The notes under the pieces were generated by a model that had not been told where the DNA came from, searched no databases, and saw only the letters and a program-made list of their open reading frames with translations. The position numbers and the translations under genes were made by a program. DNA of 64,000 nucleotides. It comes from Tricharina praecox (Eukaryota). Positions within the stretch are counted from its first letter, which is position 1; every line of letters starts with the position of its first letter. Shown piece by piece: positions 23,949-38,726 of this stretch. The DNA lies in assembly GCF_024521635.1 (NCBI RefSeq), contig NW_026250412.1, forward strand, positions 186,001 to 250,000. The letters are read 5' to 3'.

Positions 23949-25903
23949 TCAGAGGAGTACATATAATGCACTGATCTATCGGTGCGTTAGTAATTGCATT
24001 GATCCATCGGTTTCGGAGGGAGGGCAGGGAGGGTGGGGAAGTGTAAGCATACCATAGCCAACCCATAAATCATCGAGCACCAGAACATAATATTATTGAA
24101 GGTGCGCCTCTTCTTGAGCCACGGCGTTCTCTGCACGGCAATGATGGGCAGCTGCAGCATCTGGCAGGCAAAGCCGTAACCACGGAGCTTCTGGGTGATG
24201 CAGAACATCACCAGTTCATGGGCGAGCGCGGAAATGAGGAATGTGACGAACATGGCGAGGGGACGCGACATGTGCGCACGGCTGACACCGTAGACGTGGC
24301 GTTGCAGGAAACGGTGCACGGGAATGTTCCATTCGCGCGAAAACTCGAGCCAGTCCGTGCTGTTCCACCAGTCGGAATAAAAGTGGCGGTCGGCGAAACA
24401 GGTGATTTCCGCAAAGGCGCCGAGAACGTATTCGAAGATTACGAGGAAAACTAGCGGATGATCAGTATCTCACGCATACCGTTGATCTGCAGGGCGGCGG
24501 CGGGGTAAAAGGCTACGTACCAAGGAGGAAGGTCACCATGAACGGGAAGAGAAGCATGCTAATGCTCTCCATAAGGATAACAACCGTCTCGAAGGCCGTC
24601 CGCGCATTCTCAAGGTGCGCAGATGCTTCATTCATCTACGTACGCATCGTCAATACCACTCTGATCCTCCTCCTCATTCGGCCGTGAGAACATACCACAG
24701 GGAGGATAAACTCCTCGCTGACGACAGTCAGAAGAAATATGCATCCAAAGATGGCGGCGGCCTTTTCGGCGACTTTGCCCCAGCGAATACCTTCAGTCCT
24801 GGGATAAGACAACTCGTAGCACAGCGTAGGACATAGCATGAAATCCACAAAGTTGTGCAGTGTCAGGTTCTCCGGGTACGTGACTCTCCCCGACGGACTG
24901 GTAAGCTCGAAAGCGAGTGCATCCCGCAGCTCCGCGGTTTTCTCGGACTCGGTCTCGACTGGCGAGGAGTCCATTGCGCGCAGCTTCTTGAAGCATTCTG
25001 AGAGGTGACCGCAGTAGAAGGAGTAGGAGTGGATCTGACAGCGGGGTATATTAGCAACAGTAATGGGCAGGCGAGCAGTGAGAGAGAAGCGGTACCTTCA
25101 TCAGCAGCGTGAGAGCGTGCAGTGTGAAAAATACTTGGTGTGTCCTGTACATTCCGCAGGTTAGCACTACCCAACGCCACCGCAGAGGGGGCGCGCATAC
25201 CATTGCCATTGCAGAAAGAACGGCGTATACACCCAAACAGCCAACCAGATGGCCTGAAGCACATGTTGTAGATACGACCCCCAAACCCCCCAGCTCACCG
25301 TACCCCTCATGACGGCTTTCTGCAGCGGCAGACAGAACGCCACACTCAACGCCATCAACAGCTCTGCCGCGCCGAGCTCCATCGGTGTATTGACAAACAG
25401 CGAGAAGATGCTTGTGCGCAGCACCTTCCCGGTATCCTTCAGGTTCCGCAGGGCAGTAGTGAGCACCATTATGAACAGCCCGATCCAGAACAGCGTGAAG
25501 AATCCTCGGAAGTCGTGGTGCTGCGACTGAGAGTCGAAGTGCGACACGCGGCTTTCGTACGTGACCGTGGGGAAGATCCGTTTTCTTCGGATGTGTCGGG
25601 CATGGCTGATCGAGACCAGCGACGGCGGTGCGTCTTCAGGGAGCGGTGTCGCTGTTCCACTGTCGAAGCAATCCGTCAATCCCCCCGTCCGCCAGCACGC
25701 ACGCGTGGGACTCACCTAGACAGTATTGAGGAGTCGCTCGAGTTCCTCTTGAGATCCGGACGGAGCAATCCATTGCCGTTGGTATTACCATTGCCACTGT
25801 CATTGCTACTGCCATTGCTTCTATCCGTCACCTTCTCCCTCCTCTCACGCATTTCCCCATCGCCACCAGCCGTATGTATCGCTGTCGAAGTAGTTGTTGC
25901 CAT
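23949..25903 (-). CDS. ARE2: Sterol O-acyltransferase (ACAT/ARE, MBOAT), multi-exon
   Basis: DFRGFFTLFW, MK|IHSY, YPENLT..PTLCYELSYPRT, FYSDWWN, WNIPVHRFL, ISALAHEL (catalytic His); last exon ISALYVLL-stop. Confidence 0.9.
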
Positions 25904-28265
25904 CTCAGATGCCGTTGTGGTTGCTCGTATGAATAGGAGAAGAAGTCGTTGTCGCGCGAAGCATCGAGAGGAGTAAAGTAACTCTGGAGCTGAAGTACCG
26001 GTTCAAAATTAGAGCTCAGCAGGGAAGCGGGTTTCGGGCACTAAGTACTTTTAGATTACTCCTGTGTGCGCCAGCATTGCAATCCCTGCCTCCGGTCATG
26101 GTGCAGCTCGGTACCTGCACTGCACTTCATTCTGCCTGTAGCTTACGTCAAGATGCGTACGACAAGCCCGTAGCTGGGGATGCAAAACAGGTATCGCAGT
26201 ATGTAGATGGTCCAGAATGGTGTGGAAATAGTTATGCGGCCAGAGAGCTCTCCATGAAACCCTCCTTACTCCATGACAGGAGAGAGGTGCATTACAGAGT
26301 AGGGATATGACCCCCCCACAGTCGCGGCCTGAGAGCAGTGTCCGAGCCCGAGATTATTACACGATGTATTCATAGAAACTGCGGAGGCGAGGGCACTTCC
26401 GAGCCGTGCGCTCACGTGATACGGGCTCGGGGCCCAGTTTCTCGGCTGGCCGAAAATAGACGAGTGATGTATGATGAAGTGAAGCATTTCTCTGCGATCA
26501 ACGATCTGCTGGGAGATCATCCTGAAGGATGGTGGACTGCGTCACAATGTATAGGTGCACTGCGATATCTGGGCGTGAGCTGATGGGACATCACAGCCGC
26601 CAGAAATCTTCGATTCGTGTCCGAATTCCTCCGTCACTGAAGGCCACCTAACGTGTCGAGATTTTGACCTACCAACCGCAATGCATTCAAATTAGAGCAC
26701 AATAAGAAGAGCACTGTAGTTGGGTATGAAGACAGAGCAAAAATATGTCGGTGGGTGCAAGGAAATGGCGTGGCAAGGGTGTCGAGTACTAAGCGACATG
26801 CAATATGACTCGACTTATCAAAGACGGACAATTAATTAGGTGGAGATAATACTTGGAGAAAGAGAAGGCCGATTCCAAGATGATACGAGCTTGTGGACCA
26901 AAGCACAGCCTGACACAAAACTCATATTATCAACATACGCACAGTGCCCAACCGGGCATTGAATAGGTAATATGAGGCGCCATCATCCCTATGACGACAA
27001 CGGCGGTCACCCACCTCCCATGGAGGAGAGAGAACCAAAAGTTTGCATAGTTGATACTATCTTCGTTGAACAAATCAAGTCATTAAAAACAGGTTTCAAA
27101 GCCTTCCCGGAGGCTATTGAGTCCGGGTATGTATGATACGAGTCGTCTTCGTTCTTTTTAGGCTTTTCTAACCTGGTGGATGCTGCGGTAGGTTCTATCT
27201 CAGTGAAAAGGCTGGGAGTCTCCAGATCAGCGAGTACCTCACGAAGACTGCTGCCACATAGCACCGCACCTCCAACTCCCTATCAACGGTACCAGTACTT
27301 CTAAGACTGCTGGTGCTGCGAACGTCCTCGCCGAGTGATCGCCGTGTCTCTCCCAGCAGCTACATCATGGGATTTAGGATGCTATGGACCATGTCTATGG
27401 CCTGGCACAATCCCTTGAGGGTTCCATCGCTTCCTCAAATGCCCTTCGAAAACCAACCTACCTATTCGGCTTTCCCCCGCTTCTCCGGTAGGTATTTCGC
27501 CTGCTTCCCCCCTTCTCTTCAGATTTTAAAACGTGACTCGCTGACTACCTAGTTGAAACAGCAGCCTGCCTGCCTAGGTCTCCGACTTCCTAATCTTAAA
27601 AGTTGAATAGTATCTACATGTTGGGGTACACATCGTGGAGCTTGGGCAAGCTTCTAAACCGATCCCTTATGTATAACATAGAATACTTACACCGTCTGCC
27701 ACGATCTACAAGTTGACAAGATTCGAATTTCGGTATGGAGGCTATGACGGGCTATGGCAGGCTTTGGCAGGCTTTGGCACTTCGGTTCCAACTTCACAAG
27801 GCTGAACGTGGGCACTGGGCAAGGCGTAGAAAGGGTTACCTACCTACATAGCATCGATACCTTCTTCGCCCTCTAGGTTTCGTCAGTGTTGCCTTGACCA
27901 AGTTCCGCCCAGGGGGCCGAGGCTGATCCGTCACTTGAGCAGGTAAATATTTTTTTCGTTCCATCATTCTGTATTCGACCCCGTGCCTTCATGATAGTAC
28001 TTGTAAATTTACACTTAGATACCTAGATACGAGTGACGGCTTGTGGTGGAGTCTTTCTGGCTCTGAAGGCTCACGAGGGTTTCAAGATCTACAGGCTAGA
28101 GTAACTATGGTTTAATTCATTTGTCTACAATTCACAACCGCGCCAATTTAACGACAGGAGCGCAAGAAGCAGAAAAAGAAGAAAAAGAGCGTTGCATGCG
28201 GGTATAACGAAAGACCTCCAGACCTCCCACACCAACCTCCCGAGTCCCGATTACCCCCAACTGCC

Positions 28266-30600
28266 TTAGCCCTTCCTAAAATCCCTTAAATCGAATGCTG
28301 TATCGCCCTGTTCATTCTGCAGCCCGAGCCCATCTTCCGCAGCCTTCAGCTTCCCCTTCTTCGGCTCCATCTGCTTCTCTACGACAGGCGCACTCTTTCC
28401 GCCCTGCGCGGCCACAAAGCCGCTACGATGCTTCGAGATCGGCTCGTCGCCAAGCATCCACGCAAAGCTGCTCTGCGCCAGCGTCACCCGCGGCCGCTGC
28501 GCGAGAGAGATGAAGTCCGGGTCCGAGTTGTTTTTGAACGAGGTCTTGACGAAGGAGCCCGGTGGGGAGGTGGGGGAGCGCCGGGGACGCGGCGAGGATG
28601 TGGTGGTGGTGGCGGTGGTGGTGGAAGTGGTGGAAGTGGTGGGTTTGGTGGAGGCGGAGGGCCGCCGGGTTTTGGCCGCGACGGGGGAGGTGGCCGTGGG
28701 AGTGGACGGTGAAACAAGAAGGTCTTTGTCTAGTGGTCGGGAGTCGTCGAGTAAACACTCCTTGACATGTGTGATCCGCCGGAAGGCATCGTCGCTCTCC
28801 TTCTGGCCGATACTTTCGGTCTGTAGCACGCCTAAACTGGTGTCCAAAATACGTGCGAGCTGCCTTCTCCGCTCCTCCTCCTTCTGCAGTCGGCTGGTAA
28901 GTTCCCGGTTGCGCCGCTCCAGCTCCTCCTCCTTCGTATTCGGCAGAGGCTTAGGTTGATATCCCTGAACGTTCTTCTTGACCTCTACGACCGCCTCGCG
29001 AACAGCGCGGTTGACCCCCCATTTCTCGCTGCGATCCAGGACGTTCTTCGCGACATCTTGAACAATGCTCTCAATTTGTGCGGTTTGGAAGAGTGGGAGG
29101 TTGGAGGGGCTCAATGTCCGGCGTGTGGGAGGCTTTTGCGTAGATGGCCGTGGCTGCCGGGCTTCGGGTGCCCGCTTGGAGTACTTCGTAATGATATATT
29201 TCCCGCCGCCTGTGGAGAGATTGTCGCGGAGATACTTTGCGTCTTCGACAAAAGAGACAGGCCCGTACGGTGCCGACGGGGATGGATAACGTAGGAGGAG
29301 CGTCAGCGCAGTGGAATAGTCCGCCTTCACAACTGTAATCATCTGCCTCTCAGCGATGCAATCACATCAAGCTCAATTCGAGGGAACCTACGTTTCCACC
29401 GAATCCGAAGGAGCATCGAGACACAGATCAAATCGACGAGATGAAGATCTGGATCTTCTGCAAAGATAACGTCCCACACTGTGAGCAGCTCCTCGAACGG
29501 GAACTCCCTTCCGAACAGCAACCTGATCCAACGACTGCCAAAGAGAGTCAGCCAGTCCCCCGATGGAAGGGGGGAGAGGAAAGTACTGACATCAAAAACA
29601 CCTGCGGCAGCACATCCAACTCCTTCAGACGCTCCGCCAACTCCGGATCCGCGGTCATTAGTAGCGTCTCATGAATATGTTTACTCTTCATGACGATGGG
29701 CGAATTAACGATAGACCCGCCCCTCCTGCCGGGCTCGCCCTCACCGAGCTCATACCACTGTTTCGCAGCGCGCATCACGCACTGAAAGAGCGAAAACGCA
29801 TCGTGGTCGATAAACCTGGCATCGAGCGCCTCCAGCATGATTTCGTCCCCCTCCTCCACCACCACCTCCTCATCACTGGGCGTGATCGCATCGCACGCCA
29901 CAACCCAATACATGACGGCGGCGAGCTCGTGGAAGCCCTGCCGATAGCTCACGTCCTGGTTAAGCTTGCAGTAGATAAACAGGATCTCGAGCAGCGAGTT
30001 CTGCACGTGAGGTTCCCGGAAGAAAGTGTTCTCGGGCATGCACCGCTCCACGTCCTGCAGGATCTCTTGCCGCAACTCTTCATCCCGCCTGTACATCTCG
30101 TACGGGTTCTGCCCCCCCCCCTACGAGTCAGACGAAAGCGAGAGTAAGACGGACGGACGAGGGGACACGCACCGACTCGTCTTCGGCTAGAGGATCTACA
30201 TCCGGCACTTCAAAGAGTGACTCGTCTTCGAAGTTCCGCAAGTGGTGGGAATGTAGCTCGGCGTACGCCTTGCGTTCGGAGCGGAGCGTGGTAATCCAGG
30301 TTTCGGGGGCGAGGTCCGGGTACAGTAGGAATATCTGCGTAAAACTTAGTAGCCCACTCGCAATACAAGAGGATCGAGGTGTAGTACCCTCCAGCAAATC
30401 GACCGTAACCCAGCTTCACAGGGACTATCGCCGTCTCGCTGGGCGGTGCCATCCTTCAGCGAGGCCGCGGAGGAGTACTTGGTGAGGATGGTGTTCCATC
30501 GTTTGCTGTAGCAGACGGGCCATAAGCTTCAATGAGGGAGAGAGAGAGACGCAAATGCAGGAAGAAGGCGAACTCACCTTGCGTCGGATTTGGAGCGCAT
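28266..30600 (-). CDS. TBC-domain Rab GTPase-activating protein (TBC1D5-like), multi-exon
   Basis: GLRSICWR, EILQDVERC (Arg finger), YRQGFHEL (Gln finger), LLFGREF; Ser/Pro-rich tail; start MRSKSDAR inferred. Confidence 0.87.
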
Positions 30601-31045
30601 CGCAGTCGAGAGATGTTAGGTAACCACCCCACATTCGCTAATGGAGCTGGCGAGACCACGGGCCAAGCATTTGGCTGCCATGGATTAGCGCTGGGCCGGC
30701 TGGCGGTTAATAATAGCACAGCAAGTTATTTCTCGAGTGACGACAGGTGCCTCATGCTGCCCTGCCTTTTGTGGGTCGGTGCTTAAAATCAGAACGAAAC
30801 ACAGAAACTACAAATTAAGGCGATGCTTCTACCTTACGTATAGGAAGTACAAACAAAAAAAGCAAGTATGCCCGATCCCATTCCGTCTCCCATCGTATGC
30901 GCTGTTCCTCCCTCACCCGTTCACTGCAGGGACAAAACTGGCATCTCATCTTCTGCACATCACAGGATACAAGACATTGACCGATCTGCCTATTCACGAT
31001 CTATGAAACAAAAGAATCCGCCCCGCTCTCCAGTCTGATGCTCTT

Positions 31046-33451
31046 TTAGGATGTCTGCATGAAATCTCCCGCATTCACCAACGCCTGCTCCGCATAGAAC
31101 CGCACATCACGATCTTGATCTGCCCTGAGCTTCTCAAGATTTGGCAGGATTTGCTTCTGTATCAACTCGAGAGCTACAGGACTCGGGCCAGTAGGAATCT
31201 CTTCGGGTTTCAGGTTCGTCAGTGTACCCTCGGCCGGTAGCTGTCGGAGGACGCTGATCAAGACGCCGAAGGACTTCGCCACGTTGAACCGGATGTTGGG
31301 GATCCGATCATCGATCAGCTGGTTGATCATGGGCAGGATAAACTCCTGGATGACTTCGATGTTGACCGCAGGCGCAAGAGTCTAGATTCATGTGTTAGAG
31401 AGTAATGTGTTGTTTGGGGATAATTGCAAACATACAGTAATAGCCGTGCAAGTCGTCATACGGTAGAGGTAGTTTGTCTGGTTACCCATCGCCATGACCT
31501 TGGGGATGATGGTCTGTCTGGCCCAATCGACTCCGAACACCTCCGTCAACTTCTTGAGGTTCTGTGTCGCCGCCTCACGGATCGAGAAGACGGTGTCACC
31601 GAGCCAGCTCATGCAAAGGTTTCCGAGCTTCTCGTCGAAGAACTCGACACCCAGTTGTTTTGCGAGCAAGGGGATGTACTCGATGATGGCGAGTCGAACG
31701 CGCCACTGCTTGTCTTCCGCCAACTGGACAATCGCAGGCAAGAGAGATTGGGACAGGAGTTCGATACCGATCACTGTATAACCGTCAGCATAGTCAGTGA
31801 TGTTGGGCAAAGAACATATGCCATACCGTCGTTCACGAGCTCCAATTTCGAGATGATGTGCAGGCGGACGTCTGGGAACTCGTCCTTGAGCATCTGGAGG
31901 AACATTGGTAGTAGATGGGCAATGGTCCTGCAGGCATCTGCGCGTTAGGATGGTCGCTAAAGGCATTGTGGGAATTGAACAACTGACTCTTCCTTTCCAA
32001 GGATAGGTGCGAGACCACTTATCTGGGTTCCCAATGCAGCCCTGACATGCTGAGAGCTGTCGCTCACAAGGTCCTCGACTGCGCTCATGATGTCGTCCAA
32101 GAGAGTTTGACGGTCGAGCAGTCCGCAAAACCCTGGGATATCACCAGTCAGCGGAGCTAACAAGCATCATACCCGAATTTGACATACCGGGAATTTGACC
32201 GGCAATAGCTGTTCGCACTTCCGCTTCCGAATCTTTGAGAAGCTTAACAAATGCGGGTACGAGATCTCGTCGGACTACTTCATCGCCGACTGCTTTTGCC
32301 AACTGCATAATTCCATCGTTAGCCCACCCACTCCCCGAGAGATGCACGGACTAGGACCAGAACTTTGGCCATTGCTGTTACCTTCTCGAACCGATTCGCA
32401 ACCATGTATCTGACTCTCCAGCTCTTGTCACCGAACAGATTCTTCAAAGTCGTCAAAAGCACCACATGGCTTGAGTGTTGATCCTTGGGGACAACCTCTG
32501 CGATGCTAATCAAAACCTCCACCGTCAACAGTCTGACACTGTCCTGGTCGTCCTGTGCTAAGTGTTGGAACAACGGGATCATCTCAGTAACAACGATCTC
32601 CGGGGGCATGGCAGCCACGAATTTGGCCAGGTTTGTCGCCGCCTGTCGGCGCACCATCGGGGTGTCGTCATGTACGAGCTGCGAGAACTGCTGTCGCAAC
32701 CCTTCCTGGAGCGCTGGCGAGGCCTTACGGTAAGGTGCGGTGAACAGTCCGGTCGCAGAGATCTTAGAGGTGAACCAGTCGGCCTTGGACAAACGGATTA
32801 CGAGGGGAATGAAGAACTCTTCGACTTGGGCGCGGGACAAATCTTCGCAAATCTTGTTGAGAGACTCGACAGCCTGGACAGAACAATGTCAATTTCTTCT
32901 CTCTCGTTACTGCTCACAGTGCCCGCCAGCAGAGAATCAAGAAAGATGCAGAGATCACTGACCTTCTCGCGAACGAGCGGCTCCTCGATCGCAGCAAGGT
33001 TCTCTAGCGGCGACAGGAGAACATGACCAAACTCGGGACCCCCGACGTATTCCACGAAGTTGCCGAGCTCTTCGCTGAGAGCTGTCAGGACCTCGTCCTC
33101 ATCCTCCACCGATTCTTTGAGCACCATTAGTACTAGTCCCTGTAGCTATGGGTAAGACCGACGCTGCATACCGTCCAAAAACGGAATCAATTCATCCCTC
33201 GTCCTCTCTGCGCCGAGTGCAAGCGCGATGGTTGAGAGACGCTTGATAGCATTGAGACGGAGAAGAACGTCGTCATGCTATCGAGAACAGAACGCAATCA
33301 GCCCTCCGTTGCACCATATGTAGCCTTCTTTCGCACCCTGTCCTCGCCCCACCCCTGAACAGAGCATCAAGCCTAGGGGGGTTCCAACCTTTAGTTCATC
33401 GATCAAGACGGCTATGGGGTAGAGCTCATCGCTTGAGTTTTGGGCATCCAT
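31046..33451 (-). CDS. TPD3: Protein phosphatase 2A scaffold subunit A (HEAT repeats), multi-exon
   Basis: [60 protein letters not shown]. Confidence 0.96.
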
Positions 33452-34888
33452 ATTCTGTGGTTCTTCAGCTATGAGCGTAGTTCGAGTATATGTAATAAAG
33501 AAGATCCGAGTTCGTACCGACGGAATATGAAATGCGAGGTAGAGATGGTTGGTGTCAATACGCAGCTAGGCCGTTATCGGGGGGAGGGGGGTAGTTGTGG
33601 AGCTAGTTATTTGCTTTCAGTACGTGTAAGGAACTCGGGGGCTGAAGGGCATCAGAAGAGGGACCGCAATCCTTTGACACGCTTTCTCTCGAAATGTGTG
33701 GGAACGAGAGCAGCATGCAAATGATACGGAGTTGATGACGGTGATGGAGGGGAGGGAAGCAAGGTAGCGGGGATGGTGGTGGGTGATGGCGGGGCAACTG
33801 ACGCGAACAAGGTGCGACCGACACTGGTATGTAGCCAACGGTACGGGGGGTTGTTATCGAGTTTGATACTTTCGAACGATGATGGCGGGGAGCGGGGGCG
33901 GGCGGGCTTCGGCGGAATGGGATAGGCGGGGGAGTTGGAGTGTGGTTTGTGTGAATCTGAGAGTGATGGCAGTGGTAGCGGTAGTAGTGGTAGTTGATAG
34001 TAGTTGGAGGATGGTTGGGGTTGGGTTGTGTTGTGAGAGAACAATGCAGGCAAGACTGGGGGGTTGGGTGGTTGGTCTGTTGGTGAGGGGCTCGTTGTTG
34101 ACGTTGCGGAGACAGAGTGAGCGAGAGAGCATGTTTTCTTCCATCTTGATCTCTTCTCTTTCGATTCCGAAGACAGAGAGATTCGAGCCATAATGGGCGA
34201 AGAAGACCCAGACCCATAGAAGTCTTCCCACTCTCCCTCGACCTCTCTTTCTCTCTCTTCGAATACAGGTACCTCCCACGTCTCCCGAGGACTCTAAGTA
34301 CAATGGCATGTGCCGACCACAAGCACTTTCTCGTCCACTGACCTCTCGCGTGGCCATTCAAGTAGCAATCGGATTGCTTGCTTCGTTACCGTCGATCTAC
34401 TAGGACCTGTGCTGCTCTAATCTGACATCTTCTATCGGCCCCTCGGAACTGTATGTGGGGTAGAAAGAAAGGCTGTCCGTACCGACACGGCGAGCGAGAG
34501 GTCAAGAATGATCAGTGGTGTCTGTCCATAGTTACCTGGACTTGCACAGTTACTCTGCACTAGCAGCGGAAGAGAAATCTTCAGAGCTCCCCTGTCCGTC
34601 TCACATCCACGATGTACATATGCCTCTTCTTTGCCAGCAGAGTGGGGAATTCTGGCGGAAGGAACTCAGCAGGACGAGTGAGCGCAGAGATGGGCGCGGC
34701 TTGGCTCGGAGAGGACGGAAACCCTGCTTCCCCGCTGCTCCTGCTTCTGGCTGTGTGACACTAAGCCTAACCAGCCAACCATCGATCCAAAACCGAACGT
34801 CGCTCCCGCTACCGGCCATAACCCCTCCATAAGCCCCTCCATCTCAGTCATACCCTCACCGATTGTCACCCGTCCATAACTCGCAGAC

Positions 34889-37170
34889 ATGCCGACCATC
34901 TCCGTCGACAAGTACGCCCTCTTCGACGCCCTGGGGAAGAACTACACCACCAAGGAGTTCGACGAACTGTGCTTCGAATTCGGTACTGGCGCCTGCTTGC
35001 TTGCCTGTGCTTCTCTTGTTCCGCGCGGGTCACTGACTTGGTCATGTTTCGTGCAGGCATCGAACTCGATGAAGACGTACGATCATTCCACTCCCCCCAA
35101 CAACCGAGCTACTGAATGCTCTGTCCAGTCGGTCTTCGTGGATCCCTCGAATTAACGATCGCCGCAGACCGAACATGACAAGGATCGGCCAAAGGACGAG
35201 GCTCCTCAGCTCAAGATCGAGATCCCCGCCAACAGGTACTATGCGATGACCGGGCGACGCGGGTGCCGTGCACTGTTCGCTGACGTTGCTGGTTAGATAT
35301 GATATGCTCTGCTTCGAGGGTATCGCTCTGATGCTCAACATCTTCTTGGGCAGGGCGACAGTGCCCAACTACAGGGTCGTGGCGCCGCCGGACGGCGAGG
35401 TCCATCAGATCACTGTGACCGAGGAGGTAATCGCCTCTGTTCCCTCGGGAGAAATGGTGCGCCCGGAACGCTGACCGGCCGATCCTTCAGACCACCAAAA
35501 TCCGTCCATACATCTCGGCCGCCGTACTGCGCGGTGTCAAATTCACGCAGGAGCGCTATGACTCCTTCATCGGGCTTCAGGACAAGCTGCACCAGAATCT
35601 TTGCCGGCAAAGAACCCTCGTCTCGATGGGCACGCACGATCTGGATACTGTGAAGGGGCCCTTCACCTACGAAGCTCTCGCTCCGGAGGATGTTGTGTTT
35701 ACTCCGTTGAACCAGACAAAGTCCATGAATGCTCGGGAGCTCATGACTTTCTACGAGGTAGGCCTTGTAACCTTTCAGCATATGTTCGCACACCCTGACT
35801 TGGTATGTACTACATTTAGAACGACAAACACATCGGACGATACCTCCACATCATCCGCGATTCCCCAGTGTACCCGGTTGTCCTCGACGCGGAGCGCAAC
35901 GTGTGCTCGTTGCCACCGCTCATCAACAGTGACCGCTCCAAAATCACTCTGGAGACTCGGAACGTCCTGATCGAGGTCACGGCTACAGACCGGACTAAAG
36001 CGGAAATCGTGACCAACATGCTTGTCGCCATGTTCTCGCAGTACTGCGATGAGGAATTCACCGTCGAGCCCGTCAAGATCATCTCCCCCCACAACAACGA
36101 GACAAGAGAGGTCCCCAACGTCACGCCTCGCGCGACAACGGCCGAGATCTCCTACATCAACGCCTGCTGCGGACTCGAGCTCTCGGCGGAGGAGATCTGC
36201 AAGCTGCTCACAAGGATGTGCTACTCGGCGAAACCTTCTGCGGCCAACGCGGATATCCTCGACGTCGATGTACCCGTCACCCGGGCGGATGTGTTGCACC
36301 AGTGCGATATCATGGAGGATGTTGCCATCTCGTACGGCTACGATAACCTCACAAGAACGTTCCCCAAGGGTACTGGCGGCACCATCGCCAGCCCTCTGCC
36401 TCTCAACAAGCTCGCCGACATCGTCCGTCTCGAATCGGCTCTGTGCGGATGGTCCGAGGTGATGCCTCTGATCCTGTGCTCGCACGACGAGAACTTCGCC
36501 TGGCTCAACCGAAAGGACGACGGCACCACCGCCGTGCGGTTAGCCAACCCCAAGACCGCCGAGTACCAGATCGTGCGCACCAGCCTGCTCCCCGGTATCC
36601 TCAAGACCATCAGGGAGAACCGAAAGCACAGCTTGCCCATCAAGGTCTTTGAGGCCAGCGATGTCGCCTTCAAGGACATGAGCCTTGAGCGGAAGAGCAG
36701 GAACGAACGCCACTTTGCTGCTGCCTACTGCGGAAAGACGAGCGGCTTCGAGGTCGTCCACGGCCTGCTGGACCGTCTGATGGCCATGCTTAGCACGGAC
36801 ATCTCGGAGACGGGCGCGGTCGAGCCGAAGTTGGGATACTGGATCGAGGCGGCTGACGGTAAGTTCCATCACCCATCACCCAACTTGGCAATCACCTAGG
36901 CACCTAGCTAACATCGTTCAGACTCTACCTACTTCCCTGGCCGAGGAGCGGCCGTTTTCCTCCGACACCTTCCCGTCGACGGCTTGGGCGAGAAGACGCA
37001 GAAGATTGGCTCGTTCGGAATGTATGTTCACTCTTTATCACTCGAAGCTATAGTACTGTGCACCCACTAACCGTTCTTGTACTTGCAGATTGCATCCTTC
37101 GGTTTTGGAGAAGTTTGAGATTCCATACCCCGTTTCGGCAGTCGAGTTGAACCTGGAGGCTTTCCTGTAG
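34889..37170 (+). CDS. FRS1: Cytosolic phenylalanyl-tRNA synthetase beta subunit, multi-exon
   Basis: [62 protein letters not shown], ends [11 protein letters not shown]. Confidence 0.96.
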
Positions 37171-37442
37171 ACTTTCCTGTAGACAAGCGAAGACGGAAGA
37201 TTTATGGTGGGCGTTTGGAAAAGGTTCTGGGAAAAATCAAAACCAAAAAGCGTCTTCAATTGCGGATATACTATTGAACTAATTTCAATCGAGATCGCTA
37301 GAATTGTGTACTGGGGAATGATCGCTAGAATTGTGTACTGGGGAATACATGTGATAATCTATATCTCTATGCTATGCCCCGCAAAATACAAATCCTTGCA
37401 TTTAACAACGCCGTGGCTTATAAACTTATAAACTCACATCTT

Positions 37443-38726
37443 CTATTCCTTCTTCTTTTCATACCCATTCGCATTTCCATTTCCATTTCCGTTCACGTTC
37501 ATCTTCATCTTCTGCAGCTTCTTAGCATTCTCACTGCGGCGCTTTACCTCGGCCTCGGCGCCGATGCCGCTGAACACCAGCCCGACTCCGAGCATCTGCA
37601 TCACCGACAGGCTGTGGCCGAACGCCACCACCGAAAACACCATCGACAGCATCTTCCTCGTAACATTGACCGTGACCAGGACCAGCGAGCCGAATTTCGC
37701 TAACGTGTGGACTGTTACCTCATTAGTCAATCATTTCGTGGGGTGGGGGGAAGGGGGGTGGTTCATACAGATAAACACCTGTCCAACAGCGCCACAGAAC
37801 GCGAATCCGAGGATATCCAGTCCGACCTTCGGGAACTCGGCCACGAACGCCGCAGCATCCGCCAGCTCGGTGCTCCACGGGTTCAGCAGGAGGTATGTTG
37901 CCGTTAGCACGCTGGAGAGCGTATTCAGCGCGGCCATCATCTGCGGGCCGCTGACGGTGCCCTTGGGGGCGCGCGTGAAGATGTCGTCCTGGATCGTGTT
38001 CGTCAGGCCGTCGAACAGCAGGTTCATGCCGAGCAGGGAGAGGCCCCAGAGGACGTTTTTCTCCGTGTCTGTGCTGGAGGGGGTGCGCGGGGTTTTGGGC
38101 GTCTTGGGGACGCTGGGGTACAGTGTGAACACTGCGACGCCGGCGGAGACCGCGAGGACGACGAGGTACTTGTATAGCGGGTACTTGCGCCGGAACAGCG
38201 TGACGTGCAGGAACATGACGGGGAGCAGCTTGCACGACTTCGCGAGGATGTACGTGATGTAATCGATGTGCGTGAGCGCCTTGTAGCCGAACGGCGAGGC
38301 GAGGGTCTGCGTGAGCGCGACGAGGAGGAGCCGCGACGTGATGTTGACGCCGGGGAACACCCGCGGCGGAGAGGACGACGACGACGAGATCCGGAAGTAG
38401 GCGTAGCCGCTGAGCGACGCGAAGAGGGACTGCACCGTGTTGAGCACCAAGGAGTGGCGGAAGATCTTGCGGTCAGGGCCGTATGAGGTCGTCGTGATCC
38501 GCTCTTGGAGCAGCGCCCATACTAGGCTGGGGGAGTGGGTTAGCTGCGCGCACGGGGAGGGGAGGTGCGGGGGAGCTCACAAGCTGGCGTAGATCCCGCC
38601 TACGCAGATGATGAGCTGGAAGATGGAGCTGCCGTGGTCGGGCGCGGACTCGGCGCGGTGAGTGAGCGACTCGGCCGCTTCGGTGATCGGGTCGTGATCT
38701 GGCGGGGACTGCTTGCGGCGCGCCAT
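37443..38726 (-). CDS. HUT1: UDP-galactose transporter homolog 1 (SLC35B1-like), 3 exons
   Basis: CVGGIYAS, WALLQERIT, YILAKSCKLLPVM, FDGLTNTIQD, VTRKMLSM; C-terminal KKKE ER-retrieval signal. Confidence 0.93.

Noticed and set aside
33603..34361. 252-aa minus-strand ORF upstream of PP2A-A
   Set aside because: Low-complexity, open in several frames; better explained as 5' leader/promoter sequence of the PP2A-A gene
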